Assembly: GCF_001194135.2 (NCBI RefSeq)
Contig: NC_068983.1
Location: 137,604,921-137,655,709, forward strand
From: Octopus bimaculoides
Taxonomy: Eukaryota
Direction: 5' to 3'
DNA: 50,789 bases
A model generated the notes under the pieces. It worked only from the letters and a program-made list of their open reading frames with translations, searched no databases and was not told where the DNA came from. Of this stretch, positions 10,496-50,789 are shown in pieces. Each line of letters opens with the position of its first letter. The first letter of the stretch is position 1. A program made the position numbers and the translations under genes.

Positions 10496-11951
10496 TGCCA
10501 TATATTTTAATAAATTATTTTATTCACCAAGTTTTTATTTTTATATTGCTTAACTACATTTAACTATCTTTGGAGACTTTTTATATTGTAATACTGGACA
10601 GTAGAAAGCAAGAAGTAATTTTTACATTTTAAGACCTCTGTGGTTTTAGAGATGGTAACATGGATGTAGACTTGAAAGGCAAATGGATAATGGTAGGTAG
10701 TGTAAAAGTTGTGCCTTAAAGATAGAAATTTCCAATGATTATGTATGAAGAAAGATTTGAAAAGCTAATTGTAATGATTGTTTATTTTATGATTTGTATC
10801 CAATTTGAACATAAAGGTTTTCTTGCTTTCTAACAATATTCACTGCTGCAGCTTTATTATTTTTATCTCGTAAAACCCCTACATGGTCACTCAGTATGTT
10901 AGAAATAGCAGCCAAATCTCCCTTCTCAAAAAGAATGTTCCCTCACTGGATAATATAATTTTAGAAATACTAGACCTGAAAAAAAAAAAAACAGGATGGT
11001 CAAAGCTGGAGCCCCTTTGATCACAGGGCTGCTTGATCAAAGTTAAACAACCTAACTATCAAGTGGTCAAAGTACTGGTGTCAGATTAACAAAATAATAT
11101 GAAATTATGCACAGATGGCTGGTATTTAAAAAGTTTTCTTCACAACTGTGGTTTCAAGTTCCTTGCTCAACCAAAAGCTGCAAATCTTGGTAAATGTAAA
11201 CTCTGAAAAATCTGTTGGATTGAATCTTCCTGTTGGACTGGAAGTCTGGCCCAAATACATGCAAGATTGGGCTCCACCAAGGGCACCCAAGGATCAAATG
11301 GTGGTGTTAAACAGGACAACAGATTACCTATCGAGCAGGAATCTGAAGTTAGCTTGTATGAAACATTTTCATAGTTCTGTAGTGGCTTGTCATAATCCTG
11401 ACATCCATTAGATACTATATACGTATAGTAAAGACCCCCTTCGGTCATGAATGACTATACGATTGTACCTAGAAACTTCCCCTCTGAGATACAAGTCCAG
11501 GCAAGGTTGTTTATGGAAGACCAGCAGTCGCCCATGAATACCAGCCTCCCTTCTCTATGCTACCAATGTTGTTCAAGGGAAAGGCAAAGGCCGATACAGC
11601 TTGACACCAGTGATGCTGGAACTCATTTCTACAGCTGAGTGAACTGGAGCAATGTGGAATAAAGTGTCTTGCTCAAGAACACCACACACAACCTAGTCCA
11701 GGAATCAAATTCACTACCTCATGATTGTGAGCCTGACACTCTAACCACTGAGCCATGTGCCTTCACACACATACAAACAAACATTATCAGTCAATCAGGA
11801 GTGATGATTTAAAAGCACCAGTCAATCTGTTTGAGCTTGTTATTATATCTATGGTTCCAAGCTTTTGCTCAACTACATTGGCAATAATTAGAATTATTTC
11901 AGCTGTCTTTTTTTTTTTTTATTTGAACAAAACTATGAAAATCATCTGTTG

Positions 11952-12030
11952 TACAGGTGTGAAACCTGGACTGTTTACTGTAAGGACATGAAGAAACTAG
12001 AGCGCTTTCATCAATCCAAACTTCGCTCTA
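11952..12030 (+). mobile_element. RTE-clade LINE C-terminal fragment
   Basis: YRCETWTVYCKDMKKLERFHQSKLRSI resembles the YGCETWT..LE.FHQ.CLR.I motif. Confidence 0.65.
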
Positions 12031-12759
12031 TCCATATCCAAAGTTCCAGATATTCCTACGTAAATGGGGGTTATAAAAGCAGAAACGCGGGCAAAAAGCA
12101 GGAGAAGAGAGGCGGACACAGACAAGTCCTAAAATTGACAGGTTCTACTTAAGGACTTGTTTGTGACTGCCTCTTATACGAGGTCATTCTTATATATTAT
12201 TAACTCAACTATAAACTCGATCTACTACTGGGAGATCGCAATACGGTTGTGGTAAGCGTCTGTGTAATTATGTAAATATTAAGGTATATATAAATGGATT
12301 TAGTCTGACAAGATCTGTATAAATAAATGCTTATCAGACATAGTTTTGAGTTGGTTTTTATTAAAGGGACAGCCTATTTTATCGACTTTGAAAGGATGAA
12401 AAGCAAAGTCGATCTTGGCGGCATGAGAACTCAGAACGTAAGTCAAAAGATCATGGCCCATTTAACGAGTCCGGTATTTAGACCCACCCACCTACTCGTC
12501 CCTCCATTCATCTATCGATCCTTCCTTCCTTTTTTTATGTGGTTTTCCACCAGATAAATATCAACGCCTCCCCTCAAAATAAATATGAAATTCTTCACTC
12601 CCCGCTTATTTATTAATGAGGAAACAAAACAGTATTCATCTTATAATTTTATTAAGCATGAACATTTCTCTGCCATTTTTCAATCTTCCCCCTCCTCTCC
12701 ATGAGAGTATCTTGGTCAGCCTATGAACTTTTCCGCCTACCCTCGTTTACACACACACA

Positions 12760-13297
12760 CAGGGTGTCCCGCAAGTCCCTATCCGTCCATATGTTACTGG
12801 TATGGTTTACTAGCCCGTCAACGAGGGCCAGTAAACCATACCTCATATCTAAACATATTACAACAATTGTTTATACTAAAACTCTATGAACTTGGAATCA
12901 GAGAGGAAATTTTGGTTTCAACAAGATGGAACTCCGGCTCATTATGCCCTTAGTGTGCGAGATTATCTTAATGACACTTTTCCAGATAACTGGATAGGTT
13001 GTGGTTCAGTAACATCCCCGCCGCCCATGAAATGGCCCGCAAGAAGTCCGGACTTTACAGCATGTGAAAACTCTTTGGAGATACATAAAGGATATTTTAT
13101 CTAAACAACGTTATAATTCCAATGATTAATTGAAGGCAGCTATTACTGCGGCATTTGGAACAATAACCCCTGCTATGTTGAGAGAAATGTCTCACAGAAC
13201 ATGGCGTCGCATAATATACAACGAGAATGAATGACAGCACACAGATACACTGGATACATAAGATATATGAATGGGTAGGGACTGACGGGCCACCCTG
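12760..13297 (+). mobile_element. Internally deleted Tc1/mariner element
   Basis: 33-bp TIRs (27/33 identical) CAGGGTG.CCCG..AGTCCCTA; TA at 13298-13299; transposase relic WFQQDGTPAHY..WIG..WPARSPDFT. Confidence 0.85.
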
Positions 13298-13626
13298 TAT
13301 ATGCATGTGTGTTTCTTCGTTTCCTTATCGCTTGATAACTGGTGTTGGTTTGTGTTCATCCCCGTAACGTAGCTGTTCACCAAACGAGAGCGATAGCACA
13401 AGTACTAGATTAAAAATAAGTATTGGGGTCGACCTGTTCGACTAAACCCTTGAAGGTGATGCCCTATCATGGTCACAGTCCAATGACTGTGATGAAAGAT
13501 AAAACAAAAAGCACGGGTACTTTCTGGTTATCGCACCTCCATTAAAAAAAATGGGGACAAACGAAATGCCGTTAAGCATTTTACCCGGCGTGCTAACGAT
13601 CCTGCCTTAATAATAATAATAATAAT

Positions 13627-14133
13627 GAAGACATTATATTGAAAGACTTCAGACAATAGTTATGCTTCCTCATTGATATGACTGTCCCAATTGATATAAA
13701 TGTATCTATCAAGACCTACCAAAAATTGAGCAAATATAAAGATTTTGAAATAGAAATTGTCAAAATGTGGAACCTCAAGGCTAAAATAATACCTGTTGTT
13801 ATAGTGCCCTAGGAATGATAGCAAAAGGGGCTGATTGCTACCTAGCTCAGATACCAGGAAACCCCCAAAATGGCAGAAATTAAAAATATAGTGCTCATGG
13901 GAACTGCCCATATCCTACGTAAAATACTGTCTATGTAATCTCAAATTTTTGAAACAAACTTCTAATTTTCTTACGTTTTCTTAAACATTCTCTAGAACAA
14001 TACTATGTGCAAAACCAAATATATGATACCCTAGGCATGAACTTCTAACTTGTTGTCTCTTGGGGTCTCTGGGTGAGACTTGTAACCAACTTGTACAAGT
14101 ACAAAGCAAAAGTCAAACAATAATAATAATAAT
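13627..14133 (+). mobile_element. 5'-truncated non-LTR retrotransposon, restriction-like endonuclease class (R4/Dong/NeSL-like)
   Basis: DIILKDF..LIDMTVPID..KLSKYKDFEIEIVKMWNLK..IPVVI..GTAHILRKILSM* (stop 13936-13938), 3' UTR, (AAT)5 tail 14119-14133. Confidence 0.8.
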
Positions 14134-14611
14134 CACCACCACCAACGTTGCTGAGAATGATGTCCGTTTGGTGGAAGATGCATGAAATTGATGAGTTTTA
14201 TGTAACATTGACTTTTGAAAACTAACCATCGCACACATTCTACAATCAAAACCAAGCAAATTGAATGTCTGATAATGGTTTGAAGCCGAATACTGAGAAA
14301 GCTTTTCGTTGTTTTTATTGAATTCACAAGAGGAATTAAACATTCATTAATTATATAGAACTCTTTCTGTTTATACTTCCTGATCAAGTGATTCTTATTT
14401 TTATCGAACTGCAGAAAACAACTTGTGAGTTAAATGCCTTGGCCACAGAACACGGTGCATGTCCTTTCAATGAGCAAGAGTTTGCTATTTGGGGGTATTT
14501 GGCCTCTATTTCTAGCAGGTTGAACGACCACAAGTCGTTCCCTCGTCGGTTCACTTAAAGTCGAAGTAATCAAGCGCTTGTGACCCAAGGGAAGTAACTC
14601 TCACTGCAACT

Positions 14612-14625
14612 ATTTCCATGGTTAC
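14612..14625 (-). promoter_or_regulatory. RFX X-box
   Basis: Minus strand GTAACCATGGAAAT matches GTNRCCATGGNAAC except the last base; it lies ~120 bp upstream of the ATG of a motile-cilia gene. Confidence 0.65.
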
Positions 14626-14742
14626 ATTTAACTCAAAAAGACTTGTTTACAGAAGTTGACAGAAAGGTTAAAATATAGTTTGGATTTAAGTTAAGGGATT
14701 TGCACTGCTTTGAAAAAAAAAAAAAAAGAAAAAGAAAAGAAA

Positions 14743-45951
<31,209 letters not shown>

Positions 45952-46597
45952 TTGATTTATGTTTTTAATGAGAATAATAAATAAATGTATTTGAATATAT
46001 TCTGGGAAAGTTACTTTATTTTAAACTAGCATTCTATCATGTGGAATGTTCTGTTTCTTACTTGTTTAATACTAACAAAACTGGAGTAAATATTGGCCAG
46101 AAGTAAACAGACATCTTAAATTTGGTATCATGTAGTTTTTGTTTTTCTCTTGCCACTCAGTCCTTTCCTTTGATAAATAGTATCTCTTGAAATATTAGAT
46201 TCTGTTTCTTTCATTAGTCATATTACACACTTCTTTGATTGTTGCCTTTTCACTTTATATTTCTACACTTTTTCAGTCCCTTGTTTTTGATCGTCAGACT
46301 CTATGTATTATTTATTTAGTTGCCTCATAATCTTACACTTGTTATTTGTGTGATTTAAGCGTGCACGCACACACGCACACACCACACCACACTCACGCGC
46401 GCGCGCACACGCACACACACACACACACACACACACTTCATTTGATGTTAGATTCAGTAAGTTAAAGAATTCAACTTTACGTCAACTACTTAAATTTCAT
46501 GTTCTAAGAATGTCTGGCTAAGATTAGTCCAAGCTGTCACAACTTTCTTCTCTAATCTTCAGGCTGCTTTCAATTGTACCACAAAATGGCTGCCTGA

Positions 46598-47007
46598 AGC
46601 ATGAGATTTTGTGAGAGATATTCGCTAGAGGTGTCCATAAAAACAAGTTTATCTATCCAGTTGAAAAATAGCATCTACATCAGGCTAACAACATAGCAAA
46701 ATCACCATGGTAGCTGATTTTTCTATAAATCAATAAAACTCCCATTTTTACTTTACTATACACAAAACCAGCATAATGTATATACATCACCACCCACTTC
46801 CAGATCGCTTACCAACCAACTTAGACATTCTAGATAGCTCAACTTATAAGAATTTAAGCAATTTCAAAATACACAAAACAGTATCCGAATAATTACTGAC
46901 TGACCAAGGGGCGCAACTTACGTTTAAATACTTCAAAGTCAACTTCCCTGTCAAGCAAAAATGTCTTTACTCGCAAGTAACAGCTTTTTCTCACAAAATC
47001 TCATGCT
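46598..47007. mobile_element. Putative MITE with 19-bp TIR
   Basis: AGCATGAGATTTTGTGAGA at 46598-46616 and its exact reverse complement at 46989-47007; no TSD identified. Confidence 0.5.
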
Positions 47008-47164
47008 GCCGACATCCACCTTGAAGTATAATTGAAGATAGCTTGAAGATTGGAGGATCTTGGAGTAAGCTAAACTTGATATCTTTCGTGAAGCATGAAG
47101 CTCAGATTGTTGACTCAAATGTCATAAAATACTGTATGTAATAAATATATACGCATTTACATGG

Positions 47165-47195
<31 letters not shown>

Positions 47196-47699
47196 NNNNN
47201 NNNNNNNNNNNNNNNNNNNNNNNNNNNNNNNNNNNNNNNNNNNNNNNNNNNNNNNNNNNNNNNNNNNNNNNNNNNNNNNNNNNNNNNNNNNNNNNNNNNN
47301 NNNNNNNNNNNNNNNNNNNNNNNNNNNNNNNNNNNNNNNNNNNNNNNNNNNNNNNNNNNNNNNNNNNNNNNNNNNNNNNNNNNNNNNNNNNNNNNNNNNN
47401 NNNNNNNNNNNNNNNNNNNNNNNNNNNNNNNNNNNNNNNNNNNNNNNNNNNNNNNNNNNNNNNNNNNNNNNNNNNNNNNNNNNNNNNNNNNNNNNNNNNN
47501 NNNNNNNNNNNNNNNNNNNNNNNNNNNNNNNNNNNNNNNNNNNNNNNNNNNNNNNNNNNNNNNNNNNNNNNNNNNNNNNNNNNNNNNNNNNNNNNNNNNN
47601 NNNNNNNNNNNNNNNNNNNNNNNNNNNNNNNNNNNNNNNNNNNNNNNNNNNNNNNNNNNNNNNNNNNNNNNNNNNNNNNNNNNNNNNNNNNNNNNNNNN

Positions 47700-47751
<52 letters not shown>

Positions 47752-48597
47752 GGGTACAGGACGTCACAAAACGTAAACAATACAAAATACGAAAATAATG
47801 TGAAGTACGAAAACAAATTTGGGTATGCAAACAACGAGAGAAACAAATGGAAAACAAGACAAGTAACATAAAGAACAACTCTTCATCAGTTGTCGGCTGT
47901 CTATCTACTCACTTCAAGCATTGAACGACAATATGAGACTTCGAAGGGTAGTTGCTCCCGCGAGCCAAAAATAAAATTTGGGATTGGCAGCGGGTCAGAG
48001 TTGGTAACAAAAACAGGACAGTGGAGACGTACGATAAACCAAACGAAGACAAACACGATGGGCCGTTAGGCCAGACGAGGTAAAGTGGCGAACGCTGGAG
48101 AAATATTGTCTTTGACAAGAGAAAAGATAGAAGAGGAGTCAATATGAATATGGTTCAGAAGAGAGAGAGAGAGAGAAAGAAACAGAGATACATGCTTGCA
48201 TGCATACATACATCATACAAACATACATACAAATGGAATTTAAAGTCTTTGGTCTTTAAACGCATGATGAAGTGTTTTGCTCAAGAACACAACCCACCAC
48301 CCGGTCTAAGAATTGAAACCACGATCTTGCGATCGTGAGTACAACACCCTAACCACTGAGCCATGTGCCTCACACTCTTTTTTAGTTTTGATGCTTATAA
48401 GACAACCTCACTAATACTGGTGTTATGATAAAACACACCTTTTACACTCTATAAAGGGTCAGCTAAAAAAAAAGAAAACCGTAAACATTGGAGAATCCTT
48501 TAACGCTGCTGAGGACATTCAACATCCGTAATGTTGGTACCACGAGAAAATGCACCCAGTATCACTCACACACACGAACACGCCTATTTCTACTTAT

Positions 48598-48647
<50 letters not shown>

Positions 48648-48763
48648 GCACGCACACACACAAATGTATATACCAAAACTGTCGACGTACTTAGTTGACT
48701 GATTTATATTAGCTTTTATGACATAATTTGAGATTCTTAATGTGAGTTATGCCTATAATTTAC

Positions 48764-48880
48764 TACGTTGAAAAATGATCTACATAGATCTCAGATCAAA
48801 ATTCGGAAATACAGAAAAACAGCATTCAGCGAACACATCAAAATTTGCGCCAATAACAAACAACAACCCAGCTTCAGAAT
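48764..48880 (+). mobile_element. Short internal fragment of the same GIY-YIG element
   Basis: LHRSQIKIRKYRKTAFSEHIKICANNKQQPSFR, near-identical to the ORF at 49974. Confidence 0.8.
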
Positions 48881-49465
48881 GGTACGCTTGTATGCGTATA
48901 TATTTGTGTGTGTATGTGTGTGTATGCAACAGAGTGGACTTGGACCCCACTAAAGCCGCCAAAAATCCTTGAAGTCATGTTAAACAGGACTATGGAATAA
49001 GGCTTACTATAACACTAAAAAATGTGAATTTATCTTATTTATATTTCTTTCTTAAAGTTAATGCACTAAGATATTTTCGTTGCATAAACGAAATATTTGT
49101 CAACATCGCTAATATTTAATGTACCTTTCCCTATTTAGTTTTTCGTTCTCAAAATTATATTCCTTGTGTAAAATGTTTACACATAGTGCAGCAGTATTTG
49201 ATTAATTAGAAGTTTTGATTGATTTCTATAATTACCAGAAGGCATTTTTCTTTTTCTCTTTTGTAATCTTGCCAAGACCGGTGGGTATTTAATTAGACAA
49301 TACTCAAAAATTAGTTGTATTGTAACATCTAATGATTGATGCTGAAAGCAAGAATTTGGTGCATCACTTTTTGCGACAAACAAAGTTCGTTGTCTAGAGT
49401 AAATAAATACTTAAAATATGTTTATTTATTTCAATTTATGAATAATCTGACGTATATTCTTTGTA

Positions 49466-49669
49466 CGAGGGGGTGCTGAAAAGTTCCTGGATTTTAGGGT
49501 ATCGCAAAAGGCATAGTTAGAAGCCCAACCTTCCGAGTTCTTTTACAGGGCTTAGAAAAACTGAAGGACTGCTGCAATAAGTGTGCTAATCTGAGAGAAT
49601 ATGTTGAATAAAATCATAATTAACTGAACTTCCTGTATTTTCTTTTATCCAAAGCCAGGGACCCTTTCG
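49466..49669 (+). mobile_element. mariner-derived MITE
   Basis: TA|CGAGGGGGTGCTGAAAAGTTCCTGG left TIR; eroded right TIR CCAGGGACCCTTTCG|TA; internal QGLEKLKDCCNKCANLREYVE* resembles a mariner C-terminus. Confidence 0.6.
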
Positions 49670-49931
49670 TATGCTGTTTTTTTTGCATTGTTATCTAATC
49701 TATAATAATCAATAATATAAATTTATCCCAGTTATTGGTGGGCTTTGCTGTATAGTGTATCAATAATTAAATAATCAATTTGCTAACAACCTCATTGACG
49801 TACAAATTATATTTTCCTTTTTACCGAATACTAGTTTGTGTTCGATATAAATAGCGATAAACAACCTAAGTGTTCGTCGCTACAGGAAAAGAGTACAGAT
49901 GGAATAGAGATTTAACTAGAGAAAAAAATAA

Positions 49932-50514
49932 GCGCCTTCTCTCAGCTCTCAAATAGATAAAAACGAAAGGCATTTGGTCACGTTGTTGAAACAGGGTCAA
50001 CGTTTTACAGTGAAAAGTAACTTTACATGTGCTTCGGAGAACCTGATATATGCATTAACTTGTTTTGGGTGTCGAGAGCAATACATAGGCCAAACCGAAA
50101 ACAGTGTACGTCAAAGGATGGCTCTACATAGATCCCAGATCAAAATTCGGAAATACAGAAAAACAGCATTCAGCGAACACATTGAAATTTGCGCCAATAA
50201 CAAACAACCCAGCTTCAGAATTTTTCCCGCCTATCAATTTAGGGACGATGCAACCTGTAGTCAGAGCATTAGCAAAGAGTCATACTTTATCACAAAATAT
50301 AAACCCCTTTTGAATGCGTTCACCACAAATGACACTTTTACAAGGGCCTTAGAATAATACCTACGCAAATATTAAAAACGATATGTTTAGAACAGTCACT
50401 ACCCGTGAAGTTATTTAGAACAGTTCTAATCACTACTATTACAACCACAACGGGTCACTTTTAGGTCACTTGACCATTTAAGAGGATTCCACCAACATCC
50501 TACTACTGTCATAC
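49932..50514 (+). mobile_element. Penelope-type GIY-YIG endonuclease domain, open frame, no adjacent RT
   Basis: NFTCASENLIYALTCFGCREQYIGQT..RQRMALHRS..KESYFITKYKPLLN; frame open 49932-50357; 3' non-coding part shared with the 22687 copy. Confidence 0.85.
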
Positions 50515-50523
50515 CACTCCCGC

Positions 50524-50582
50524 CTTCTTCTTCTTCTTCTTCTTCTTCTTCTTCTTCTTCTTCTTCTTCTTCTTCTTCTTCT
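50524..50582. repeat. (CTT)n microsatellite
   Basis: Read directly. Confidence 0.95.
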
Positions 50583-50789
50583 CCGCCGCCACCTCCTTTC
50601 TCAACTACTACTGCTGTTTAAACAATCAAAAACAAAAATTCATACCAAATATTAGGACTACTACCTGCAGCCCATTACCAAGCCCTCACAAGAGTAAAAA
50701 AGAGAGAGACAGACAGAAAAAAAGAAAATGTCCCTTGCATTTGGAAACTATGGAAATATTAAAAAAAATATTTCATTTAATTTTTCCAC

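Noticed and set aside
47870-47940. CTGATGAAG on the minus strand as a third hammerhead
   Set aside because: No stem II followed by GAAA downstream, and no closing stems could be drawn.

Overview
AT-rich, intron-rich animal DNA with seven N gaps and dense microsatellites. The repeat content suggests an octopus/coleoid cephalopod, which is inference only. Two spliced + strand genes were reconstructed by hand with consistent GT-AG sites and phases. (1) A 5'-incomplete BTB/POZ gene (6 exons, 3385-10495, at least 713 aa) whose exons include a tandemly duplicated module carrying a second copy of the BTB N-terminal half. (2) An IQCA1/DRC11 orthologue (18 coding exons, 14743-45951) with an RFX X-box about 120 bp upstream of its ATG; exon 6 is mostly hidden in an assembly gap. 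The rest is decayed mobile DNA: Tc1/mariner and piggyBac-type elements, LINE remnants (Jockey/I-like, RTE-like, RLE-type), Penelope-type GIY-YIG fragments and several SINE-like families. The most striking unexplained object is a ~270-bp insertion at 7095-7362. It combines a 5' fold-back, a tRNA-like Pol III head and a minimal type I hammerhead ribozyme fold (decayed in this copy), bounded by a 12-bp target-site duplication. Repeat boundaries are approximate unless stated. No alignments or database searches were run; family assignments come from recognised motifs.
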